This document shows positions 28,617 to 37,801 of a stretch of DNA of 64,000 nucleotides, piece by piece (the first letter of the stretch is position 1; the number at the start of each line of letters is the position of its first letter). The stretch is taken from positions 1,632,001-1,696,000 of the forward strand of contig OZ239628.1 of assembly GCA_965195345.1 (NCBI GenBank), given 5' to 3'. Below the pieces are notes generated by a model that was not told the DNA's origin, did no database searches, and saw only the letters and a list, made by a program, of their open reading frames with translations. Origin of the DNA: an uncultured Thiomicrospira sp. GTDB taxonomy: Bacteria > Pseudomonadota > Gammaproteobacteria > CAKMZV01. Position numbers and translations under genes: made by a program.

Positions 28617-31292
28617 ATGGAAGAGAAAACGATCGACAACTTCATATTTCAGTTAGAAGATCTTTCCAAAAAATGGACTGAGCCATCTATTCCTATTCAT
28701 GATATTAAACAAATTATTGCCGAGTTTGATCTTTCCCAAAAAGCCACTTACTTATCCAATTCAAGAAAAGCGCCTGTGCGCGATCTTATTGCCCAACGTA
28801 CTGCCTTTTTTGACAACTTATTGACCATGCTATGGGTTCGTCTTGCTCTTGAGGGCGAATACACGCTGATTGGCGTCGGGGGTTACGGAAGGCATGAACT
28901 ATTCCCACGCTCCGATATAGACCTTTTGATTTTGTGTGCGAATGTTGATCAAGCACATGCTAATGAAAATCTTTTAAATTTTATGCGCAGCCTCTGGGAT
29001 TTTGGTTTACAAATAGGCAGCAGTGTACGTGAAATAAAGCACTGTCAAGAAGCGATAAAAAACGATGTTAATTTTGCTACAGCAGTGCTCGAGTCTCACT
29101 TCATCTGTGGTAATAATAAACTATTTGATGTTTTTAAAGAAGCGACTAAACCAGGAAAAATTATCGATTCGTTTATGTTCTATGATTTAAAAATCAAAGA
29201 ACAAAATAAGCGCTATACGCGTTTTGAAGAGACTGCTTACAATGTTGAACCCAATGTAAAAGAAAATCCTGGAGGATTGCGTGACATCCACAATATTATG
29301 TGGATCGCTAAATTTCATTTTTCGGATCAATCTGTTCGAGACTTAGCCGATCACGGTTATTTGACAAGGCAAGAATTTCGAACGCTTGATCAAAGCCGTC
29401 GTTTTTTATGGAATGTCCGCTTTGCTTTACACATTCTCAGAAAACAAGACGACAATCGACTATTGTTTGAAATGCAACGCAAGATTGCTGAATTATTAGG
29501 CTACGAAACCACTACAACTAAGTTAGGCGTTGAACATTTCATGCATCATTACTACCGATGTGCACGCAACATTCAAATCCTTAATCAATTGATACTACAG
29601 CACTTTAGTGATGACATATTGCCTAATGAGACCACCTCACCGATTAAAGAGCTAAATTCTCGATTTCAAATCCGAAATAATCATCTTGAAGCACGAAGTG
29701 ATGACGTATTTAAGTACGCTAAATTTGCGATTCTCGAAGTTTTTTTAATCTTACAAAAAAATGTGCACTTAAGTGGCATCAGTGCTCGGACCATACGCGC
29801 AATTCACCACAATCTTGATATTATTGATCAGAATTTTCGAAACGACAAGCGTCATTTGAAACTATTCATGGAGATACTCCAACAACCACAGGGTGTCGTA
29901 AAAGCTTTTAGAGAGATGCACAAGCACGGAGTATTGGCTGCCTTTTTGCCTCCTTTTAGCCACATTCAAGGGCTCATGCAATTCGATTTATTTCATGTTT
30001 ATACTGTGGATGCTCACACAATTATCGTTTTGCGCAATGTTCGACGTTTTTTTATTGAAGAGTTTGCTCATGAACATCCTCAAGCGCACAATATAACCAA
30101 AAAATTACCAAAGCCACATCTTCTTTACATATCTTGTTTGTTTCATGATATAGCTAAAGGAAGAAATGGTAAGCATGAAATTTTAGGAGCACGCGAAGTT
30201 GAAAAATTTTGCCGCCACGTCAATTTATCAGAATACGATACCCATACATGCAGCTGGGTTGTACTCAATCATTTACAACTCTCTTTAATCGCTCAGAAAA
30301 AAAATCTAAACGATCCAAGAGTAATCGAAGAATTCAGTAGCACTATCCCTTCTGTCCATCATTTGAATATGCTTTATCTGTTGACCATAGCCGATGTAGA
30401 AGGAACTTCACCTACTCTATGGAATAGCTATAAAGACAGTTTATTCACAAAACTTTGGAAAAGCGCGCAAATATGGTTGGAGGATCAAGGAAACTTAGAA
30501 GATGTGGTTATTGACGATGAGTATAGCATCGAGAGAAATCAAGACGAAGCAATGCATCAATTACGTGCCTTCATGCCTTCATCCGATGCAGAAGTCATTT
30601 GGGAACTTCTTCCTAGTCAGTATTTTTTGAATCACTCACCCGATCAGATATGTTGGCACACTTACAATATTTTCAATATCAGTGATAAAGAGGCTATTGA
30701 AAGTCGCCTCAATACGGATAGCTCTGCCACCGAGATTATGGTCTATTACCCACGCAGTCCATATCAGTTCGCATGTATTGTTGACGCGATCAATTCAGCT
30801 GGATATAACATTGTTCAAGCATCAGTCACTCGTAATCAAAATTATTACGCTCTTACTACTTGCACCGTTCTTACCCCAGAAAACAAGCCCATATATAATG
30901 AAAAGGCACTTGATGCCCTTAATCTATTAATTCAAAATAACCTTAAGGAATTAGGTAGAAAGGGATTATCGGCTTTACGAAGCACTCGTAGAATCAATGA
31001 TCGTCGCGCTAGGCAATTCAATATCCCGACCAAAATTACGCTTAGCACAAACAAACTAACGCACAACACAGAACTAACCATCGTCTGTCGTGATCGACCT
31101 GGACTATTAAGTATTATTACTAAAGAGTTAAGCAATCTAAATTTACTTGTTATAGGTGCGCGCATACGTACTATGGGATTTCGTGTTGAAGATATATTCA
31201 CCATTACCTGCAACAATCAAAAACCAATAGTCGATCAAGATATTCTAAGAAACATTCAGTTGCGTTTAAAAAACCAACTGGACCATTCCTAA
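28617..31292 (+). CDS. glnD: PII uridylyltransferase/uridylyl-removing enzyme
   Basis: GGYGRHELFPRSDIDL, EPNVKENPGGLRD, HD motif FHDIAKGR and C-terminal ACT (DRPGLL); follows map. Confidence 0.95.
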   Translation: MEEKTIDNFIFQLEDLSKKWTEPSIPIHDIKQIIAEFDLSQKATYLSNSRKAPVRDLIAQRTAFFDNLLTMLWVRLALEGEYTLIGVGGYGRHELFPRSDIDLLILCANVDQAHANENLLNFMRSLWDFGLQIGSSVREIKHCQEAIKNDVNFATAVLESHFICGNNKLFDVFKEATKPGKIIDSFMFYDLKIKEQNKRYTRFEETAYNVEPNVKENPGGLRDIHNIMWIAKFHFSDQSVRDLADHGYLTRQEFRTLDQSRRFLWNVRFALHILRKQDDNRLLFEMQRKIAELLGYETTTTKLGVEHFMHHYYRCARNIQILNQLILQHFSDDILPNETTSPIKELNSRFQIRNNHLEARSDDVFKYAKFAILEVFLILQKNVHLSGISARTIRAIHHNLDIIDQNFRNDKRHLKLFMEILQQPQGVVKAFREMHKHGVLAAFLPPFSHIQGLMQFDLFHVYTVDAHTIIVLRNVRRFFIEEFAHEHPQAHNITKKLPKPHLLYISCLFHDIAKGRNGKHEILGAREVEKFCRHVNLSEYDTHTCSWVVLNHLQLSLIAQKKNLNDPRVIEEFSSTIPSVHHLNMLYLLTIADVEGTSPTLWNSYKDSLFTKLWKSAQIWLEDQGNLEDVVIDDEYSIERNQDEAMHQLRAFMPSSDAEVIWELLPSQYFLNHSPDQICWHTYNIFNISDKEAIESRLNTDSSATEIMVYYPRSPYQFACIVDAINSAGYNIVQASVTRNQNYYALTTCTVLTPENKPIYNEKALDALNLLIQNNLKELGRKGLSALRSTRRINDRRARQFNIPTKITLSTNKLTHNTELTIVCRDRPGLLSIITKELSNLNLLVIGARIRTMGFRVEDIFTITCNNQKPIVDQDILRNIQLRLKNQLDHS

Positions 31293-31297
31293 TTAAA

Positions 31298-31765
31298 CTA
31301 TCCTTTCTTTTTGGAAGGCAATTCTTCAAAGGATGGTATCTCTTGAGGCGACACATACCAACATGCGGCTGAAGCAGTGAAAATACTCTGTACTGGGCGC
31401 ACACCTGGATCATTATCCAAAGTACCCGTTGGAACAATAATTATAGTACCACTTTGATTTTTCCAAGGCATTGAACTGCCGCATTGTTTACAAAAACAAG
31501 TTGCAAAATGCTTTGCATCAGGCAGCGGATAGTATCCAATCAAGTCATTATTTTCTTCGTCCCATTGGAAATCCTCAATGCGTACAAAGAGATTGCTGGC
31601 AAAGGCACTGCCAGTAAACTTTCTACACCTTGAACAGTGGCAAAACTGAAATATATTAGTGGTTTCTTTAATCGTATAACGCAACTGCCCACACAAGCAA
31701 CTGCCTTTAATATCATTCTTTCCGTCTGATTCTGCCTTCCTAAGCTCTTGATTCGTTTCAATCAT
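31298..31765 (-). CDS. GFA/CENP-V family Zn protein
   Basis: GSCLCG, CHCSRCRK..G and FCKQCGS motifs. Confidence 0.88.
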   Translation of the reverse strand: MIETNQELRKAESDGKNDIKGSCLCGQLRYTIKETTNIFQFCHCSRCRKFTGSAFASNLFVRIEDFQWDEENNDLIGYYPLPDAKHFATCFCKQCGSSMPWKNQSGTIIIVPTGTLDNDPGVRPVQSIFTASAACWYVSPQEIPSFEELPSKKKG

Positions 31766-31854
31766 TCAAATACCCTCTTAATTGTATAAACAGCACAGCA
31801 TCTATGCTCTTGCAAAATTATAATAGTAGTTTATTTTAATAGGTTGGGGTTTTT

Positions 31855-32535
31855 ATGCTTACTTTAGGATTTGATATTTATGGTACGCTGATTGATACAA
31901 ATGGCGTTGTCGATTTGTTGCGGACTATGGTTGGTAAAGAGGCAGCCGTTTTTTCTAAAACGTGGCGTGAAAAGCAGCTTGAATATACTTTTAGACGTAC
32001 TGCAATGAATCGTTATGTTAATTTTTCCATAGTAACAAAGGAAGCGCTTGATTATTGCAATCTTGCTTTTAATAATGTATTGAATGCGAAGCAAAAAGAA
32101 GAGTTAATGCATCATTATTCCGAATTACCTGCTTTTCAAGACGTTGAAAAATGTTTAACATCAATCAAGGGGAGAGTGCGTATATTTGCTTTTTCTAATG
32201 GCACGCATTCGGCCATTAACTTTATGCTACAAAAAGCTGCAATTGATGGCTTTTTTGATGGTGTTGTTAGTGTTGATAGTGTCAGCGTTTTCAAACCACA
32301 TCCTGCTACTTATGAACATTTTTTGAATTGCACCAAGTCTCAAAATAACACAGCAATACTTGTATCGTCTAACCCTTTCGACATCATTGGTGCAAAGTCA
32401 AAGGGATTACATGCAATATGGGTAAAGCGCAATCAAAATAATTATTTCGATCCTTGGACCGAATCCGCATTTATACCTGATCAAACAATTCATTCACTTA
32501 GTGATCTTTCGAAGGTGCTTGAAACATTCTCATAA
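31855..32535 (+). CDS. Haloacid dehalogenase type II (L-2-haloacid dehalogenase-like)
   Basis: FDIYGTL, WREKQLEY, FSNG, FKPHP and VSSNPFD motifs. Confidence 0.85.
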   Translation: MLTLGFDIYGTLIDTNGVVDLLRTMVGKEAAVFSKTWREKQLEYTFRRTAMNRYVNFSIVTKEALDYCNLAFNNVLNAKQKEELMHHYSELPAFQDVEKCLTSIKGRVRIFAFSNGTHSAINFMLQKAAIDGFFDGVVSVDSVSVFKPHPATYEHFLNCTKSQNNTAILVSSNPFDIIGAKSKGLHAIWVKRNQNNYFDPWTESAFIPDQTIHSLSDLSKVLETFS

Positions 32536-32652
32536 TTGACATTCAAACGCGAAACAAGAAACAATACAGCATTAAGCGCAGAAACTTACTAACTTCTTGA
32601 TTTATAACAATCAACTTTATTTCATGTACTTAAACATAATGTGAAATATGCA

Positions 32653-32689
32653 TTGCGCTTTTTTCTAAAAAAAGAGATAATGCGGACGC
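32653..32689 (+). promoter_or_regulatory. Sigma70 promoter upstream of fba
   Basis: TTGCGC (32653-32658), 17-nt spacer, GATAAT (32676-32681), then GC-rich GCGGACGC. Confidence 0.5.
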
Positions 32690-32789
32690 TAAGAAATAAC
32701 AACCAATTTTTGATATTTTTAAATAGATGCTATATATTCTATCACAATTAAATTAATGAAAATTTAACAACAATTCAAATTTATATATT

Positions 32790-33854
32790 ATGCTAATCTC
32801 ACTCAGACAACTCATGGATTATGCGGCTGAAAATCATTTCGGGATGCCTGCATTTAATGTAAACAACCTTGAACAAGTTAAAGCAATCATGCAAGCTGCA
32901 GACAAGATGAATTCGCCTGTTATTTTGCAAGGTTCGGCTGGTGCACGCAAGTACGCAGGACCTATTTTCTTGCGCCACTTGGTTGAAGCTGCTTGTGAGG
33001 CATATCCTCACATTCCAGTAGTTATGCATTTAGATCATGGAAACAATATGAACTCGTGTTTATCCGCTATTCAATCTGGATTTTCTTCTGTTATGATGGA
33101 TGGTTCCCTTAAGGAAGACCAAAAAACTCCAGCCTCCTATGAATACAATGTGAACGTTTCTGCAGAAGTAACACGAATGGCACATACAGTTGGCGTTTCA
33201 GTTGAAGGTGAGCTCGGTTGTTTGGGCTCTTTAGAGACTGGCGAGATGGGAGAAGAAGACGGGCACGGTGCGGAGGGCGCGTTAGATATGGATATGCTGC
33301 TCACTGATGTTAACGAAGCCGCCGACTTTGTGGCGAAAACAAATATCGACTGTCTTGCAATAGCTATAGGCACTTCTCATGGCGCTTACAAATTCACACG
33401 CAAACCAGACGGGGCAATACTGCGCATTGATCGTGTTAAAGAAATTCATAAACGCATTCCAACGACGCATTTAGTAATGCATGGTTCTTCCGCTGTACCA
33501 CAAGATTGGCTTGAAATAATTAACACTTACGGAGGGGAAATAGGGCAAACATACGGAGTACCCGTAGATGAAGTTATAGAAGGCATAAAAAATGGCGTTC
33601 GCAAGGTAAATATTGACACCGACCTACGTATGGCCTCCACCGGTTCAATTCGAAAACATATGGCAGAAAATACCAAGAATTTTGATCCGAGAAAATATCT
33701 TGCAGAAGCCACGAAAGGCATGCAATCTATTTGTGAATCACGTTTTGAAGCATTTGGAACTGCTGGACATGCTGATAAGATTCGCCCGATATCTCTAAAC
33801 GACATGTCTGAGCGTTACGCTTCAGGAACTTTAGATCAATCTATATCTCAATAA
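32790..33854 (+). CDS. fba: Fructose-bisphosphate aldolase class II (CbbA/Fba subtype)
   Basis: [41 protein letters not shown] and KVNIDTD motifs. Confidence 0.96.
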   Translation: MLISLRQLMDYAAENHFGMPAFNVNNLEQVKAIMQAADKMNSPVILQGSAGARKYAGPIFLRHLVEAACEAYPHIPVVMHLDHGNNMNSCLSAIQSGFSSVMMDGSLKEDQKTPASYEYNVNVSAEVTRMAHTVGVSVEGELGCLGSLETGEMGEEDGHGAEGALDMDMLLTDVNEAADFVAKTNIDCLAIAIGTSHGAYKFTRKPDGAILRIDRVKEIHKRIPTTHLVMHGSSAVPQDWLEIINTYGGEIGQTYGVPVDEVIEGIKNGVRKVNIDTDLRMASTGSIRKHMAENTKNFDPRKYLAEATKGMQSICESRFEAFGTAGHADKIRPISLNDMSERYASGTLDQSISQ

Positions 33855-33856
33855 AT

Positions 33857-34681
33857 ATGTTTAAAAAACTTTTGCAAATTGTACTGCTTACTACTCTGAG
33901 CACATATGTGTATGCAGTTACTGACAACGTTTCTAATGCCTGCAAAATGCTGTCAGATAAGTTGCAAAGTGTTACCTATAGTTCTTGTATAAATATAGAT
34001 TTTTCAGATAAATCGTACTTGTCGGTAAAAAAAAGACCAATCCTCTACAAAGAATATCCTCCCAAAAAACGCAAACCTAGAGCAAGAGTTTTGTTTTTAG
34101 GCGGCATTCACGGTGACGAATTAAGCGCCTTTTCGGTTAGTCTCAAATGGATGGCAATTCTCAAAAAATTTCATTCTGGCTTATTCCATTGGGTGTTTTT
34201 GCCTGCTTTGAATATTGACGGGCTCTTAGCAAAAAAACCAACTCGATTTAATGCAAATGGTGTGGATTTAAATCGTAATTTCCCTCCAAGTGACGGAGAA
34301 CAGGCTGCATTCAACTATTGGGTCAACACGACAAACCGAGACAAGAGGCGTTACCCAGGACCCTATTCCGTAAGTGAGCCAGAAACTCAAGTGGTAATGG
34401 ATTTAATCGAATCATTTAAACCAGATATCATTGTGAGCTTACATGCTCCTCTTGGGATTATTGATTTTGATGGTGCTTACTTAAAAAATCCTGGCAAATT
34501 TGGAAACTTACATCTCCATCTTTTAGGGACATATCCTGGTTCACTCGGCAACTATGGATGGAAAAAAATAAGGGTTCCGGTTATAACTATAGAACTACCA
34601 CACGCAGGATCTATACCTACAAGTAAAGAAATTTTGCGCATATGGTCTGATTTGATCCGTTGGCTAAAAAATACTACTTAA
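33857..34681 (+). CDS. M14 murein peptide amidase A-like carboxypeptidase, with signal peptide
   Basis: GGIHGDE (HxxE), NANGVDLNRNFP, SEPET, SLHAP and ITIELP motifs; N-terminal signal ending VYA. Confidence 0.85.
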   Translation: MFKKLLQIVLLTTLSTYVYAVTDNVSNACKMLSDKLQSVTYSSCINIDFSDKSYLSVKKRPILYKEYPPKKRKPRARVLFLGGIHGDELSAFSVSLKWMAILKKFHSGLFHWVFLPALNIDGLLAKKPTRFNANGVDLNRNFPPSDGEQAAFNYWVNTTNRDKRRYPGPYSVSEPETQVVMDLIESFKPDIIVSLHAPLGIIDFDGAYLKNPGKFGNLHLHLLGTYPGSLGNYGWKKIRVPVITIELPHAGSIPTSKEILRIWSDLIRWLKNTT

Positions 34682-34684
34682 TCC

Positions 34685-35542
34685 ATGCGTAAATTTTTAT
34701 TTTTTTTAGCATTCGTCACCGCTTCTTCTTTTGCCAGTGTTTCAGAAGATTTTCAATCTGCCATTCTCGAATACGAGCGTAAAGATTATCGTGTTGCTGA
34801 GAAAGAGTTTTCTAAAATAAATCACAGTAAATGGTTGCCTTTAGCCAAAAATAATCAAGCCGTCAGCCAATACAATCAAGGAAATTTAGAAGGCAGCATT
34901 CTGACATGGAGAACTTTCTTACAAACTCAGCATGAATGTAGAGACTCCTTTAATAACTTAAATGCAGTTTATGCTCAAGAGTCGGCAAAATCTGTTGCTA
35001 AGTTAACCCAATCAAAAGTGCCATCAAAACCTCGATTAACTATTAGCAGAGCCCCCATAGAATCTGTTGCCTTAGTGGACACAGAGAAGAAAAAACAAAG
35101 CATCCCTAAAAACAAGAAGCTAATTAATGCTTCTCAAGCAACAAAAAATGAAGCTATTCCTGTGAAGTCAAATGTACAAGATGCTGAAAGAGAAAAAATA
35201 CTAGTCGCCGTGCAAGACTGGCGGAACAATTGGAAAAAAGGCGATATTAATGAATATTTAAGTGCTTATTTTCCTAAGCACTCACCAAAACCAAATTTCA
35301 AATATGCACAGTGGCGTGCAGATCGAAAGAAAAAAATATGGCCTGGTCGTATTAGTGAACTTAAAATAACGAATCTTAAATTAAAAATAGCAAAAGATTT
35401 TGAAACAGCCGATATTATTTTTGAACAATCGTACAAATCAGAGACAGTAAATGATTCAGTTAAAAAACTGTTAACTATGAAAAAAAACAACGGACGATGG
35501 TTAATTTATCAAGAATTCGTAATCGGCAGACCAACGCAATGA
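34685..35542 (+). CDS. Exported TPR + NTF2-like (Csd6 C-terminal type) protein
   Basis: Signal peptide; TPR-like NNQAVSQY/NNLNAVY; C-terminal W...W..GD...YLSAY...FEQSY.S...K.L......WLI..E. Confidence 0.7.
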   Translation: MRKFLFFLAFVTASSFASVSEDFQSAILEYERKDYRVAEKEFSKINHSKWLPLAKNNQAVSQYNQGNLEGSILTWRTFLQTQHECRDSFNNLNAVYAQESAKSVAKLTQSKVPSKPRLTISRAPIESVALVDTEKKKQSIPKNKKLINASQATKNEAIPVKSNVQDAEREKILVAVQDWRNNWKKGDINEYLSAYFPKHSPKPNFKYAQWRADRKKKIWPGRISELKITNLKLKIAKDFETADIIFEQSYKSETVNDSVKKLLTMKKNNGRWLIYQEFVIGRPTQ

Positions 35543-35549
35543 TTTAAAC

Positions 35550-36698
35550 ATGCATTCACTCAAATCGTTATCTCTTACATTTATTCTTATTTCATCGTTT
35601 GCTACAACTCTTAGTTTTGCGAACGATATCGATAATAAATTTAAATCTGCTGTAAATACTTCGCTGAATGGTCAGTTAGATACTTCCAGAGAGTTGTTTG
35701 ATCAAATAACTAAAGAACAAGATAACTTTTTTTTGGGCCATTGGCTAAGAAGTTCAATTTACGCCACACTGAGTGGTCAGCCATTACCCAAAATAAAAAT
35801 GCAAGGAAAGTTAAAAGAAGAACTGCAAACGCGTTTTAAACTTTGGCAAGATGATGACAAAATCGCTGTCCCTGATGAAGTTTACTTTATCTCTGAAAAA
35901 GTACCTTTTCTAATTGCTGTTGATTCAAAGATAAATCGATTAGTGTTATATAAAAATACCACTAATGGATTGCAAATAATGCATGATTACTACACATCTA
36001 TAGGTAGAAATGGCGCTGGAAAGCAAAAAGAAGGCGATTTGCGCACACCGATTGGAGTGTATTTTATAAATAGTTTCATAACCGATGATCGCTTGGCAAG
36101 GCGATATGGAACTGGAGCATTCCCGCTTAATTATCCTAACATTTGGGATAAATATAACAATAGAACGGGCAGTGGAATATGGTTGCACGGCACTGATCCA
36201 AATACATATTCCCGCCCTCCTTTAGACAGCGGTGGTTGTATTACTCTATCCAACAATCAAATACTGGATTTGCGCAAAATAACATCAAATATAAATTCAC
36301 CCCTTCCTATATTAGTAGGCCATCCTATTCGTTGGACTAATAAAGCAACTAAGCAAAATTTGAAAGATAAAGTTCATTTCGAACAGCATTGGGAACGATG
36401 GAAAAAAGCAATGGACAAATCAGATTGGCCGATACTCTCTCAATTCTATTCTCGCGATAAATTCAACATGCAGACAAAACATTTTGACCAATGGCGAACC
36501 AAACAAGTACGTCTTAATCAAACAGGATTTTATAAAAGTAAAGTTGAACCAAGACTTATTATTGCTTACAGCAATAATTCTGCCATCATCGTTGATTACG
36601 CTCGCACCACTCAGCAAGGAGAGAAAAAAATCCGTCAATATTGGAAAAAAACACCTGAAGGGTGGTTAATTATTTATGAGAATATAGTTCGAACGTAA
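35550..36698 (+). CDS. YkuD L,D-transpeptidase/carboxypeptidase with C-terminal NTF2-like domain (Csd6/Pgp2-like)
   Basis: Signal peptide; KQKEGDLRTPIGVY, YPN.WD and GIWLHG...SGGC motifs; C-terminal QYWKK...WLIIYE. Confidence 0.82.
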   Translation: MHSLKSLSLTFILISSFATTLSFANDIDNKFKSAVNTSLNGQLDTSRELFDQITKEQDNFFLGHWLRSSIYATLSGQPLPKIKMQGKLKEELQTRFKLWQDDDKIAVPDEVYFISEKVPFLIAVDSKINRLVLYKNTTNGLQIMHDYYTSIGRNGAGKQKEGDLRTPIGVYFINSFITDDRLARRYGTGAFPLNYPNIWDKYNNRTGSGIWLHGTDPNTYSRPPLDSGGCITLSNNQILDLRKITSNINSPLPILVGHPIRWTNKATKQNLKDKVHFEQHWERWKKAMDKSDWPILSQFYSRDKFNMQTKHFDQWRTKQVRLNQTGFYKSKVEPRLIIAYSNNSAIIVDYARTTQQGEKKIRQYWKKTPEGWLIIYENIVRT

Positions 36699-36701
36699 AT
36701 T

Positions 36702-37250
36702 GTGGATATAAATTGGATAGATTGGGCTGACATACACGTATCATCAAAATATAACTTGCGTCCTCCAAATACGACAGTTGACTTGGTGGTGATACATGGC
36801 ATAAATATTGGACAATTTGGTGATCCACATATTGTCAATCTACTTGCAGGGAAAAGATGCACAGAGAGCAATGAAATACTTGATGATCTCGCAGACTCGA
36901 ACGTTTCATGCCATTTTCTAATTCGCCGAAATGGAGAGACATTGCAATTCGTGCCTTTATACGCCAGAGCTTGGCATGCAGGCATTTCTTCATTTCACGA
37001 AAGAAAAAACTGTAATGATTTCTCAGTTGGCATAGAACTTGAAGGAACCGACCACACGCCCTACTCTCCTGCACAATATTATGGATTAAATCGTTTGTTG
37101 CTAGCCTTATCAGAGAAGTTACCTATACGCCATGTTGCAACACATGCTCAAGTAGCTCCTGAACGTAAAACAGATCCAGGAGTTGCATTTGAATGGTCGC
37201 CACTGGAAAATACTTTGAAAAAATTAAACCTCACATGGAAAAATCAGTGA
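36702..37250 (+). CDS. ampD: 1,6-anhydro-N-acetylmuramyl-L-alanine amidase
   Basis: VVIHGI, SCHFLIRR, RAWHAG, CNDFSVGIELEG and RKTDPG motifs. Confidence 0.92.
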   Translation: MDINWIDWADIHVSSKYNLRPPNTTVDLVVIHGINIGQFGDPHIVNLLAGKRCTESNEILDDLADSNVSCHFLIRRNGETLQFVPLYARAWHAGISSFHERKNCNDFSVGIELEGTDHTPYSPAQYYGLNRLLLALSEKLPIRHVATHAQVAPERKTDPGVAFEWSPLENTLKKLNLTWKNQ

Positions 37251-37345
37251 TAATGACGCCCCCGATTTGGGCTAGTGCTTTTGTAAGTCAAAATAGCTAA
37301 CTCCATGCCCATTTAACGGAATAAATTAAAATTTCAGGAATTGTT

Positions 37346-37663
37346 ATGCTCTTCAACATACTCATCTTTGTTCAGATTATCACCGCAGTAAGTATGGTAA
37401 CCCTCATCATGCTACAACACGGAAAGGGCGCTGATGCAGGCCCCGCATTAAGTGGTGGTTCTCAAAGCTTTTTTGGCAGTGGCGGCGGAGCAAATGTCCT
37501 ATCCCGAATTACTGCTATTCTTGCATTTGTTTTTATTGTCAACAGCTTGGCAATTACTGCATTATCCAGTAATACTGAGCGGTCTTTGGATAGCGTAGTA
37601 ACAGAGTCGTTACTGCTTGATGAGGAACCTCAAGAAAATGAAAGCATTCCAAGACCTGAATAA
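37346..37663 (+). CDS. secG: Preprotein translocase subunit SecG
   Basis: LQHGKGADAG...GGS.S.FG...LSRITAIL; followed by tRNA-Leu. Confidence 0.95.
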   Translation: MLFNILIFVQIITAVSMVTLIMLQHGKGADAGPALSGGSQSFFGSGGGANVLSRITAILAFVFIVNSLAITALSSNTERSLDSVVTESLLLDEEPQENESIPRPE

Positions 37664-37702
37664 CAATTGCCTGAATGGCGATTAATTGCCTGATGAAGAT
37701 TG

Positions 37703-37787
37703 GCCGACGTGGTGGAATTGGTAGACACGCTGTCTTGAGGGGGCAGTGGGGCAACCCGTGCCGGTTCGACTCCGGCCGTCGGCACCA
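37703..37787 (+). tRNA. tRNA-Leu (GAG)
   Basis: GCCGACG acceptor stem pairs with CGTCGGC-ACCA; anticodon arm CTGTC-TTGAGGG-GGCAG; long variable arm; GTTCGAC T-loop. Confidence 0.96.
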
Positions 37788-37801
37788 TAACTATTTATAA
37801 T

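Noticed and set aside
32790-33854. Calvin-cycle inference from the CbbA-subtype aldolase
   Set aside because: This subtype is common in heterotrophic proteobacteria, and no RuBisCO or PRK gene is in the window.
37554-37754. 66-aa minus-strand ORF
   Set aside because: Antisense to secG and tRNA-Leu.
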